DNA of 64,000 nucleotides. Origin: Azolla caroliniana (taxonomy: Eukaryota; Plantae; Polypodiophyta). Shown here in pieces: positions 49,470 through 61,782 of the stretch (the stretch's first letter is position 1; every line of letters starts with the position of its first letter). The translations under genes and the position numbers were made by a program. The DNA lies in contig JBHGNT010000005.1 of the NCBI GenBank assembly GCA_043228905.1, forward strand, positions 14,818,001 to 14,882,000, written 5' to 3'. The notes under the pieces are model-generated. The model saw only the letters and a program-made list of their open reading frames with translations. It had not been told where the DNA came from and did not search any database.

Positions 49470-50219
49470 AATGTAAATATTGTATGTTACATCAATATGG
49501 TGATTCACAAATATGTATAAATACACATGCTAATCATTTTGTAATTTTTGTACGTTCTCTTTGTTGGGGACAAGGCCGTCAATGCAGAAGTGCAAGCAAC
49601 ATTCATGATGAGGGAATCTGTGTATGCATGAGCAAGATAGACATAGAGGGAGAGAGAGAGAGAGAGACGTTATATTGCAATAGCAATTGTTACAAATGAC
49701 AACCAACCTTCACTAAAGGTTACAAAGTCACTTTATATAGTGACTATCTTACGGGAACTCAATGCTCCTTATGTCCAACGCTCGGCCACAACCGAGATTC
49801 TTTTCATACACAGAAAACAGGAAACAAATGCACGACACAAAGGAGAGAAAAAAAATGGTAGACAGGATGTTTAGGTGGAAAACCCAAACTGAGGGAAAAA
49901 CCACAGCAGCCCACAAGCTGCAAACTATCACTATATTGGAATGTACAAACAATGAGTTCACGAAGGCAACGACCTCATGCTCACGATCTTCGCCACAGGT
50001 GGCGGTTACAACAGAGGCAACGACCTCGTTCTCTCTCTCTCTCAACCTGTACACTGTTACACGCTCTCTCTTCTTGCACCAACAAGAAAATGACAACAAC
50101 TACTAAAAGTTTCCCCTAAGTCATATTTATACTAATATGACTTTTCGGCTATTTACAAATATAGCCTTGATGGACTCTCATAAACATATTTACGAATATG
50201 TCTCTTCATCCGGTTCTCA

Positions 50220-50380
50220 CCGGGTCTGTACCATCCGGCTTTCCGTAGCCGGGTACTCCTCATCCGGTTCATACCGGGTCTGCACCATCCGGCTCTCCGT
50301 AGCCGGGTATTCTTCATCCGGTTCATACCGGGTCTGCACCATCCGGCTCTCCGTAGCCGGGTACTCCTCATCCGGTTTCG
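50220..50380 (-). repeat. 54-bp CCGG-rich tandem repeat in U3 of Copia K 3' LTR (3 copies)
   Basis: Unit CCGGGTCTGCACCATCCGGCTCTCCGTAGCCGGGTATTCTTCATCCGGTTCATA. Confidence 0.92.
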
Positions 50381-50447
50381 GCCGAGGCTCGGCACTGTTC
50401 TTCTCCCTTCCCATCCGGAGGGACCTTTCTCCCAACAAACTCCCTCT

Positions 50448-53400
50448 TCACTCCGGCATGGGGTGTCTTATCAGTCCGATCCGCTTCCGGCATGCATCCA
50501 ACTTGTCGGGTATCAGAACTTTGGTCAGCATATCTGACCCGTTCTCGGCCGTGTGGATCTTCGTCAGCGTGAACTCCTGGTCATCTACTCTTTCCCGGAT
50601 CCAGTGATATCTTCGTTGGATATGCTTCATCCGAGAATGGTAGGCCGCATTCTTAGCAAGGTGGATGGCACTTTGACTGTCATAATAGAGTCGGTATTCC
50701 TCTTGCCTGATACCGAGCTCTCCGATGAAGTCCTTCATCCATAATATTTCCTTGCCGGCTTCCACAGCCGCCATGTACTCCGCCTTTGTGGTTGACAATG
50801 CAACCGTCTTCTACAGCCTCGACTGCCACGAAACAGCTCCCCCTGCATATGTCATTACATACCCGGATGTAGACCGACTGGTACCCACATCAGCCGACAT
50901 GTCTAAATCGGTGAAACCGTCCAGTTGAGGTTTTCCGGAGCCGAATCGAAGACACATATTTGAAGTGCCGTTCAAATACCGGAGTATCCATTTGACCGCG
51001 TTCCAGTGCTCCTTGCCGGGATTGCTCATAAACCGGCTCACCACTCCAACTGCGTATCCTATGTCTGGTCGGGTACAAACCATTGCGTACATCAAGCTCC
51101 CGACGGCAAAGGCATATGGAATCTTCATCATATCCGCCTTCTCTGCTTTCGTCTTCGGGCTTTGCTTACCGGATAGCTTGCAGTTTGCCGAAAGTGTCGA
51201 TCCGGCTAGTTTTGCTTTTGACATGTTGAACCGGTGAAGCACCTTTGTCACGTACTTCTCCTGTGACAGCCATAATTGCTTCTTTGACCAGTCCCGAATG
51301 ATATGCATCCCCAACATCTGTCTTGCCGGACCCAAGTCTTTCATTGAGAAGGTCCGGTTGAGAGCCTTCTTCAGCATCCGTATTTTGAATTGGTCACGTC
51401 CGACGATCAACATGTCATCCACGTACAGGAGGAGTATCAAGAAGTCGCCTCCTTCGAACTTCTTCACAAACACGCAGTGATCAGCCTACGTCTTGTGGTA
51501 CCCTTAATCGGTCATGAAGGAATCGAACTTCCGGTACCATTGTCGGGTAGCCTGCTTTAGTCCGTACAGGCTCTTCTTCAGCCGGCATACCAGGTGCTCC
51601 TTCCCTTTCTCCACAAATCCTTCCGGTTGCTGCATGTAGATCTCCTCTTCGAGGTCGCCGTGAAGGAATGTCGTCTTCACGTCCAGTTGCTCTACCTCAA
51701 GGTCCATGCTTGCCGCTATACTCAGCACCGTCCGGATGGAGGTCATCTTTACTACCGGGGAAAATATCTCGTCGAAGTCCACGCCCTTCTTCTGCTGGAA
51801 CCCCTTCACCACGATCCTGGCTTTGTATCTCGGGGGGTTTCCGGCATCTCCCGGTTTCAGCTTGTACACCCACTTGTTTCGGAGTGCCCGCTTTCCTTTC
51901 GGTAACTCCACCAATTCGTACGTATGGTTCTCATGCAGGGAATCCATCTCGTCCTGCATGGCACTTAACCATTTTCGGCTGTGGGTGTCATCCTTCGCTT
52001 CTTTGAAACTTTCCGGCTCCCCCTCATTAGTCAGCAGAACATGCTCTGCATCCGGAAATCTCCGGGGGGGCCTTCTCTCTCTGAGAGGATATCTCCGTCT
52101 TTGGGCTTCAGTAGCCGGCTCCTCCATTTGATCTTCATCCGAATCCGATTCGGGGTCTAGGCCGGTTCCGGTCTCAGCTTCCTCTACTTCTTCTTCTGCC
52201 GGTTCGGTATCCTCACCGTATCCGGCTGGTTCTTCGAGTGCTAACCGGTCTCTCGCCGGTTGGGTCTGCTCATCGTAGAGTCGATCCTTACCGGTCGACT
52301 CAGAGTTCATTATCTTCTTCTCCGACTCCCAGTCGGCGAGCGTCTTGTCCTCCATGAAGATAATATCTCGACTCCGGAATACCTTCTTGTCGACCGGGTC
52401 CCACACTCGGTAGCCGAACTCATCGTCACCGTAACCGAGGAATATGCATGGCCGGGTCTTTGGATCTAACTTTCCTCTCCGGTCCTTTGCTACATGCACG
52501 TACGCGAGACACCCGAACACCTTCAGATGTTGGTAGGACACTTCCTTACCGGTCCATACTCTCTGTGGCGTGTCTCCGTCCAAGGGTACTGAGGGTGATC
52601 TGTTTATCACGTATGTCGCCGTCGACAATGCATCAACCCAAAACTTCTTGGGTAGTTTTGCATGCGCTAGCATACTCCGGACCCTCTCCATTATGGTATG
52701 GTTCATCCTCTCGGCCAGTCCGTTTAGTTCCGGCGTCTTCGGCACGGTAAATTCGAGCCAGATTCCCTTCGAGCGGTAGTACTCCTCGAACTGCCCCCGA
52801 TATTCTCCTCCGTTATCTGCTCGAACCGCCTTCAGCTTCCGGCCGGTTTCTCTTTCCACTCTCGCGTGGAGCTCTTTGAAGACGGATAGCACCTGATCCT
52901 TCGTCTTCAGCGGTGTGGCCCACAGCTTCCGGCTGTGGTCATCTATGAACGTCACGAAGTACTGTGCTCCGGCATGTGACTTCGTGTCTACTTGACACAC
53001 ATCAGTATGCACCAACTCCAGTGGTGCATTACGTCTCATCGGTGGCCTTCGTCGGAAGGAGGTCCGGTTCGGCTTACCGGCCAGACAATCAGTGCACTTC
53101 TCCAAGTGCACGTTCTTCACTGGAATGAGGTTGTCGTCTGCAAGCCTCTTCATCCCCTTCTCGCTCATATGACACGGTCTCTTGTGCCACAGCTCACCGG
53201 CAGTGTCGGATGCTACGTTCACTTCTTCCGGACATAACCGGGCATTCATCAGGTACAGTGTGTTTACCTTCCGGGCCCGAGCCACAATTAGGCTCCCTTT
53301 GCTGAACTTCATGACACCGTTCCGGATGCTACCCGTGTAGCCTTCATCATCTAGCCGATCGGCTGATATCATGTTCAAACGAACCTCCGGAACGTGTCGC

Positions 53401-54008
53401 ACATCCTTCAGCAACAACTTGCATCCGGTTGGTGTAGACAGCCACACGTCTCCTATGCCGACAATTCGGCATGTACCTTCGTTCCCCATCCGGACACAGC
53501 CATGATCACCGGCTGAGTAGGATGAGAAGCATTTCCGGTCCGGGGTAAGGTGGAACGACGCTCCAGAGTCTACCACCCAGGTCATCTCGTCGCCGGCAAG
53601 GTTTATCTCACTCTCCTCGGTGATGAGCAGCCCCTGGAAGGTATTCATGTGCTCTGCCATGCTGGAGCCATCTTGATACCGGAGTCTTACTAGCTTCCGG
53701 AATACCGAAACCTGATTAACAACATTTTTGTTTTGAAACATTATGCCGATCTTCTCCCAGAGCTCATGAGCCTTGCTCTCTTCATTGAAGTTGTTGTACA
53801 GGCTCATGTCGATGAAGCACCGTATGTACGCCGTTGTCTTCATGTGCATCACCTCCCATATCGCGGCGTTGATTTTGTCCGGTCTCTTGTCCCCAAACTG
53901 AACCGGCAGCCAAAGATCGTTTACCACGAGCATATCCCTCATCTTCGACTTCCACACTAAATAGTTGGAGCCGGTGAGCTTGAACATGCCGCCAAACGAT
54001 TCGTCCAT
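50448..54008 (-). pseudogene. pol: gag-pol polyprotein of Copia K, one frame with three CAR-to-TAR stops and an in-frame gag deletion
   Basis: 834-aa ORF with DSGAS, HTDVC, ADNGGEY, NGLAER, QLDVKTTFLHG. Then LYVDDM, SRSTSGY, DMLTK. No gag zinc knuckle. Confidence 0.93.
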
Positions 54009-54508
54009 TTTCTGTGTCGTTTCGCTCTGATACCACTTGACAGGAACTCAACGCTCCTTATGTCCAACGCTCGGCCACAACCGAGATTCTTTTCATACAC
54101 AGAAAACAGGAAACAAATGCACGACACAAAGGAGAGAAAAAAAAGGGTAGACAGGATGTTTACGTGGAAAACCCAAACTGAGGGAAAAACCACGGCAACC
54201 CACAGGCTGCAAACTATCACTGTATTGGAATGTACAAACAGTGAATTCACGGAGGCAACGACCTCGTGCTCACGATCTTCGCCACAGGCGGCAGTTACAA
54301 CAGAGGCAATGACCTCGTTCTCTCTCTCTCTCAACCTGTACACTGTTACACGCTCTCTCTTCTTGCACCAACAAGAAAATGACAACAACTACTAAAAGTT
54401 TGCCCTAAGTCATATTTATACTAATATGACTTTTCGGCTATTTACAAATATAGCCTTGATGGACTCTTAGAAACATATTTACGAATATGTCTCTTCATCT
54501 GGTTCTCA

Positions 54509-54778
54509 CCGGGTCTGTACCATCCGACTCTCCGTAGCCGGGTACTCCTCATCCGGTTCATACCGGGTCTGCACCATCCGGCTCTCCGTAGCCGGGTATT
54601 CTTCATCCGGTTCATACCGCGTCTGCACCATCCGGCTCTCCGTAGCCGGGTATTCTTCATCCGGTTCATACCGCGTCTGCACCATCCGGCTCTCCGTAGC
54701 CGGGTATTCTTCATCTGGTTCATACCGGGTCTACACCATCCGGCTCTCCGTAGCCGGGTACTCCTCATCCGGTTTCGG
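54509..54778 (-). repeat. 54-bp tandem repeat in Copia K 5' LTR (5 copies)
   Basis: Same unit as 50220-50380, five copies counted. Confidence 0.92.
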
Positions 54779-55050
54779 TCTCTTCTAATCGTGTCTTAAT
54801 TATGTTTCTCTAGTTCGTAATAGCACCTCTCTATTTCATTTCTATTAGTATGGTAATCCTCTTCCCTCCCTGTAACCCTTGTTTTTAAATTTTAATTATG
54901 TTTTTCGTCTCGTATTTTAGTTTTAATCTTAGGTTTTTTTATGTCTTAATCTCTCTCTCTCTCTTTAGTTTTAATCTTAGGTTTATTTATGTTTTAATCT
55001 CTCACTCTCTCTCTCTCTCTTTAGTTTTAATCTTAGGTTTATTTATGTTT

Positions 55051-55096
<46 letters not shown>

Positions 55097-55460
55097 ATTT
55101 TAATTAGTATGTTAATCCCCCTCCCTTTAAGCCTATCTTTTAATTTTAATTTCTTTCTAATTACCCCACCCTTTACTTTATTTTTACGATCATGTTTCTA
55201 GATTTAGATTTCATGTTTGTTAGTTTTCGGGTTATGTTTTTTGTTTTAGTGTTTATGTTTCTAATCTTAGTGTTTTAAACCCCCACCCCTCTTCCTTTTT
55301 GTTATTCCTAATCATGCCGGCTCCCTCTCCTTTCTTCTACCTCGTCTTCGATTCGGGTGCGCTCAAATCGAGCGTGGTGTTCCTCTTCGCCTACCTCTAC
55401 CCGCCGATTATCGACCATTCCGCACTCCTTGTTCTGACCGTAAGGTCCATAAACTTACAA
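54779..55460. mobile_element. Unclassified 682-bp insertion in Copia K 5' LTR flanked by a 28-bp duplication
   Basis: Absent from the other LTR. TAGCCGGGTACTCCTCATCC(G/C)GTTTCGG at 54751-54778 and 55461-55488. T-rich with (CT)n and repeated TTTAGTTTTAATCTTAGG. Confidence 0.7.
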
Positions 55461-58400
55461 TAGCCGGGTACTCCTCATCCCGTTTCGGCCGAGGCCGTCG
55501 TTCGTCGGCACTATTCTTCTCCCTTCCCATCCGGAGGGACCTGTCTCCCAACACTATCCTAGGGCAATTGCCCTTTATGCTATTTATAGAAATAGCCTGA
55601 ACTTGGGTTGTCCAAAGGGACAGTGTGAATACGGCCATTATACACTCGTATTCGACACTCCCCCATAATGGGCGTATACATGGGTTATCTTAAAGAATTA
55701 CAGGTATATATACAAGGTTTATCAGACAGATCGGTTTTGTTAGAGTCGGCAAGATCCAAAGACAGAAGACCGAATCGGTCGGGTCGGAAGAGCTAAAGCC
55801 GATCCTCAAAGAACCGATGTTGGTGGTCCAAAACCATCCTGTGTTGTGTGTCCGACTTTAACCAGACCGATTTTTTGTTATGCCCATCTGGTGCCAAAGG
55901 GACCGGAAACGATCCGCCGAAAGACACTTGGTCATTCCATCTGCGACATTATCGGTTGTGGATATCTTCTTGAGACCGATTTTCCCTAAAATGACGCAGT
56001 CCCGAACGAAGTGATATTGAACGTCGATATGCTTAGAGGCATTGTGGTGAACCGAATTTTTTGACAAAGCAACAACACCCTGACTGTCGATGTAGACAAC
56101 TGGAGCCGAGTCGGAGTCGACCTGTTAAAACGTGTGCACCAGCCGACCGAGCCATAAAGCTTCTTTTGCCGCGTCAAACGCAACTACATATTCCGCTTCG
56201 GTCGTTGAGGTGGTTGTGCACTCCTGATGTTTTGACTTCCACGAGATTACTCCATTGCCAAATTTGAAACAGTATCCGGTTGTTGATTTTCGACTGTCCA
56301 CACAACCGGCGAAGTCCAAGTTGGTGTAACCGACTACGCCTGAGGTTGAGTTCAGGCCGAAAAGAATGTCGTGGTCTTTTGTGCCAGCTAGATATTTGAA
56401 CACATGCTTCGCTGCGTTCCAGTGCGATCGGCCGGGGTTGTGCATGAATTTGCTGACGACTCCTACGGTGTGAAAGATATCAGGTCGTGTCGCGACCATC
56501 GCGTACATGAGGGAGCCGACTGCCGATGCATACGGTACCGGCTTCATATCTTCCCCCTCCAGACCGGATGTCGGACAGTCTCGCTGAGACAGCCGAAGGT
56601 TAATGGGGAGCGGGGTCGAAGCCGACTTGGTTGATTGCATGTTGAAGCGTTCTAAGACACGTCCGATGTAGTCGGTTTGAGACAAGAAAAGTTGTCGTGT
56701 ATCACGATACCGACCAATCTTCATACCAAGTATGTGTCTTGCCAAACCGAGGTCCTTCATGGAAAACTTCAACCGCAATTGCCAAACGAGTTTGGTGAGC
56801 TCTCTGACATGCCGACCGGAGAGTAGCATGTCGTCCACGTAGATGATGAGGAAGACGGGAGACCCGTCTTGAGTTGTTTTGGTGAAGAGACAGTGGTCCT
56901 CATCACTCTTTGAGAATCCAACCGATTGGATGAAGTCGTCGAACTTCTTGTACCACTTTCGAGGTGCATGTTTCAGGCCGTAGAGACTCTTCTTGAGTCG
57001 GCAGACTAGATGTTCCTAGCTGTTCCATATAGATTTCCTCCTGTAGGTCACCGTGGAGGAATGTCATTTTTAAATCTAGCTGAATCAGCTCCAAGTTGTC
57101 GGCGGCCACGACGCCGAGCATGAAACGAAGGGTCGTCATTTTCACCACTAGTGAAAAGATTTCATCAAAGTCGACACCATATTCTTGTCGAAATCCCTTT
57201 GCAACTAATCTGGCCTTGTACTTTGGGGTGGTCGAGTCGGACGTCTCTTTTAGTCGATAGACCCACTTACACGGAAGAGCACGTCGATTCTTTGGTAATT
57301 CGACCAAGTTCCAAGTCTTGTTTGCCCAAATGGAGTGCATTTCCGACTCCATTGCCAGATGCCATGTGGCTGAATCGGCAGATGTTGTTGCTTCTTCCTA
57401 AGACGTCAGCTCGCCGACGTCGGTAAAGAAAATTCCGAGAGAGTACCTCTCCAGAGGTTGCGACAGTCTCTCGGATCTGCGAGGTATGACTGGACTAGTC
57501 GCACCGGGTGTCAATGTCGGATGGTCGGGAGCCGAGCCATTCGGCTGTGCCGAATCGGTAGATTCGGTGCGAGAGTTGTCGGTTACCCGTGAAACCGATC
57601 TCGTGTTGTGGGTTGGGCCGTCATGAAGGGTTGGCACTTCGGAAAATATTACCCTTCGGACTTCAATAGGCCTTTCGGCCGTTTTATGCATAGCCAACTC
57701 ATTGAACACGACATCCGAACTTCGGATGATTTGTTTGTGCTCAGGGTCCCAGAGTCGGTATCCGATCTCACTGTCGGGTCCATATCCAAGAAAAACACAT
57801 TTCCTTGACCTTGGTTCAAGTTTCCGGCGATCGTCTTTCGATATGAGAGCATACGCCTCGCAACCGAAGATCCTCAGTTTGTCATAATTCGACTTACTGT
57901 CAGTCCATATTTCCTAAGGTATTTGAAATCCTAGAGGTCTAGTTGGCGACATATTTATTATGTGTACTGCCGTAAGTAGAGCCTCCGCCCAGAAGCCATC
58001 TGAAAGTCCGGAGTGTTGGAGCATGGATACTACGCGTTCTTGAATCGTCCGATCCATGCGTTCAGCAATTCCGTTCTGCTCCGGACTATAGGGTGTCGTA
58101 TATTCATGTCGAATATCGCGTTCCCGGCAGAATTTGACGAATTCTTCAGACTTGAATTCTCCTCCATTGCTAGTTCAGAGACATTTCAGTTTCCGACCGA
58201 TCTGATTTTCGACCATTGCAAGCCATTCGGAGAAGATCAAGAACACCCGATCTTTGGTTCTGATGGGGTAAGCCCACACCTTCTGAGTCGAGTCGTCAAT
58301 AAAACTGACGAAGTACGAAGCACCGCCGAGAGACTAATGTGGCATCGGGCCACAGACATCCGAGTGGACCAAATCGAAGGGACTCGATTCTCTTAGTGCT

Positions 58401-60959
58401 GATGTCGGGTGTGATGTGGCTACCTGTTTGCCATACTGGCAATGCTCGCAGAATTGGTGATCCGAGAAGGAGAGTTTGGGGATGTAACCAGCTTTGGATA
58501 GGTGCGTTATGTTGGCCTTGTTGAGGTGTCCAATTCGTCTGTGCCATAACGATGACACGGGGATATCAACCAAAACTAAGTCACCCTCTTTGAGTGTGAC
58601 ATATAAAGGATACAAGGAATGTACCTTTGGTCCTCGAGCAAGCAGAAGGTTCCCTTTGTGGAGTGTCCACCCTCTTGATGAGAATCCGGCACGGATGCCG
58701 GCTTCGTCGAGTTGTTCGACTGAGATCAAGGGTCTTGAAAGCTCAGGAACGTGTCGGACGTTGTGTAGTACGAGTGTAGAGTCTCCTAGAAGATTGAGCT
58801 CTACGGTGCCGATTCCGATTATAGCACAGTGTTGCGAGTTTCCGACTCGAACTGAGTCGGAGCCGATCCGAGTATTGCCGAAACTGAGATCGGTGAGGTG
58901 TCACATGATACGATGCGCCCGAGTCCAGGAGCCATGTGCTCGATTCCTCAGTCATAAGCAGAACTTCTGATTCGACTGGGTTCTCTATGGACAGTATGTT
59001 TGGGTCGGTCGTCAAAATTTCGGCTAAAGAGCCGATGTAGTTGACCTCCTCATGCCGGCTACTCTTATGATCCTCTCTCTGAGCTTTGTTGGTTTTTGCT
59101 TTGAGTGCTCGGCAGTCGGCTTTGATGTGTCCTGGTTTCTTGCAGTAGTTGCAGATTCAATTGTCCCGGGACTTGCTCCGACTTCGCTGATTGTTCGGCG
59201 GTCGGGAAGAACTTCTTCCCCGGTTCAATCGGTTGGTCGAACCTTGTACTACGTAAGCTTCATCTGCCGAGTCTTTGGCGAAAGACTTTCTCCAAGTTGC
59301 TTCAGTCAGGATTGCGCTCATGACTTCGGAGTACTTAACTGCAGTTGTTGAAGCATTGCACACGGTTGTAACGAAAGTTTCCCATGAAGAGGGGAGACTA
59401 CTCATGAGTATCATTGCTCTGAGTTCATCCTCGATTGTCGTCCCCTAAGACGAGATTTGGGAGCTTATGCTTTCGTACTCGTTGAGGTGTCCCTGAACCG
59501 AATCGGATTCTTTCATCCGCAAGTTGTAGAGGCGCCGGATCAGATACATCTTCGTTGCGGCAACCTTCTTTTCATAAATTTCCGACAGTGTTTTCCAAAG
59601 TTCAAATTATGTCGTGCATGATTGCATTGTGAAGTACACTGACTCCGACAAGTGCATCTAAATCATGGCGCGGACAATTCTGTCCAGCTTTAGCCACTCG
59701 TTTGCCTTGTATGCTTCTAGAGGATTTTCATTCTCAATCGGGTCTATCTGACCCTTGACTATGAGATAGTCCTGCATTTGTTCCTTCCAGAAGTTGAAGT
59801 TCGAACCGTCGAACCGTCGAACCTCCTTAGACTCATCTCCGATGAGCCGGATGTTGATGCCATCTGCTTTGGTTTCGGTTGGTAAGACCCGGTTCGGAGT
59901 TGACTACGAACCTTAATGGGGTGCAACTAGTCGGCTCACCCGATATCGTTCTAGTTGGTTTTGAACCCGAGTCGGTTTGGTTTCGGATACTTGTTGTTGA
60001 ACTTGCTCGAAGTGACTCCGGTAACTTGAGGGACAGAACCGGCTGTTCTTCCCGAATGTTGCCGAGTCGGAGTGAGCCTAGTTAGCTTCCGATTGTATGT
60101 TGAATACCGATTACACGAAACCGATTGTTTGGGCCGATTCTGCTTCGGATGATTGCAACAATGAGAGGGACAAATCCAACTGATCCTCCCAAATGTCGAT
60201 CAGCCGAGTGAAGCACGAAGTGGTTAGTTGTTGCTCAAGGAGCTCCCCTCAAGCGGTTACAATCACAGGAACAGAGTACAACCGACTGGCTTACTCCAAT
60301 TTGTGATTTAACACAGTGAGATGCGAGTTTTTTGTTTTTCTTCTCCCTTCTCTGTTCTTCAAAGAAAACGAAAACAGAATGTTGTGTTGTGCGATGACGG
60401 CCGGCAGTGGGTTGAAGAACCTCGGACGCTCTGATACCAAATGTTGGGGACAAGGCCGTCATGCAGAAGTGCAAGCAACATTCGTGATGAGAGAATTTGT
60501 GTATGCATGAGCAAGATAGACACACAGAGAGAGAGAGAGAGAGAGAGACGTTATATTGCAATAGCAATTGTTACAAATGATAACCAACCTTCACTAAAGG
60601 TTACAAAGTCACTTTATATAGTGACTATCCTAGCGCAACTGCCCTTTATGCTATTTATAGAAATAGCCCGAACTTGGGTTGTCCAAAGGGACAGTGTGAA
60701 TACGGCCATTATACACTCGTATTCAACACTCTTGTCAATTTCACGTGTCGATTATTAGGGGCATTTTTTGAAAGCCCTAAATTTTTGGACATGGTATAAA
60801 TCAATATATTTTGATTCAATTTCCAAAACCTTTTACGCATGTGATGGTCCTTTTTGTGAAATGACCTACTTTGTGCCTTTTTTGGATGGACTGTTCTTAA
60901 ATTGCGACATATTACCTGTTTCAAATGGCCCAGTGTTTTCTAGTGCTTGGTAAAAATCT

Positions 60960-61765
60960 CTTTGGTTAGTACTCTAACTGCGTTAAGTGTTTACTAACCT
61001 AGAGATATCCAAGTTAGGAGTGCTCATTCCAAGTTTTACTCATCTTCTCACTGTCACACACATGTTAAAAGTAAGGAACACTCATCATTCATAGCACACT
61101 CTTTCCTTCATGATATCCACTTTGCTTTGTGTAGTGTGTGGTACACTCATGAGGGAGGAGATTGAACATGTTAAAGGCTAGTACTAATACAAAGGTTTGT
61201 TTGACAAGTATACATACTATGTTATGCCTATAACTCTTTAGGAGTTCATATGTATCAAAGTTAGTACAATGCATATCAAGTTAGTACTAAAACTATGTGA
61301 AGTGTTTGCTAACTAACCTACACATATCTAAGATAGGAGTGTTCATTCCACTCATCACTCATCTTCTCACTGTCACATGTGTGCATAACAAGTAAACCAA
61401 AACAGTGTCAAGAAGTAGGTAATCGATAACTTAGCATTCCTATCAATTACAGACAATGATCTCTCAAACTACTGAGTGGCACGAGGTAGTAGACAACTAA
61501 CTACAATGCATATCAAGTTAGTACTTAAACTGTGTTAAGTGTTTACTAACCTAGACATATCTAAGATAGGAGTGTTCATTCCACTCATCACTAATCTTCT
61601 CACTATCACATGTGTGCATAACAAGTGTCAATGTGATCATTCTCAAATATATGAGTTCTAAAATAGTATCAAATTCACATTCTGGATAAGTAAACCAAAA
61701 CCGTGTCAAGAAACGGGTAATCAATAACTTCGCATTCGGTAATCAATTACAGACAACGATCTAAA
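60960..61765. repeat. Degenerate direct repeats downstream of RING pseudogene
   Basis: AAGTGTTT(A/G)CTAAC..GATAGGAGTGTTCATTCCA..CATCTTCTCACTGTCACA recurs near 60985, 61300 and 61537. Confidence 0.75.
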
Positions 61766-61782
61766 TACAATAAACTTTGGTT

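Larger units (their letters stand above)
49749..55553 (-). mobile_element. Copia K (Tnt1/Tork-like), nested in LTR of Copia J
   Basis: TSD CTATC (49744-49748, 55554-55558). LTRs 49749-50437 and 54038-55553. iMet PBS 54024-54035, PPT 50440-50449. Confidence 0.95.
49562..60728 (-). mobile_element. Full-length degenerate Copia J; its 3' LTR is split by Copia K
   Basis: TSD CTCTT (49557-49561, 60729-60733). 5' LTR 60442-60728. 3' LTR 49562-49748 + 55559-55657. iMet PBS 60428-60439, PPT 55658-55664. gag-PR-INT-RT-RH fragments. Confidence 0.94.

Noticed and set aside
50220-54778. CRISPR-like array from the 54-bp repeats
   Set aside because: Head-to-tail units without unique spacers, inside eukaryotic LTRs, and no cas genes.
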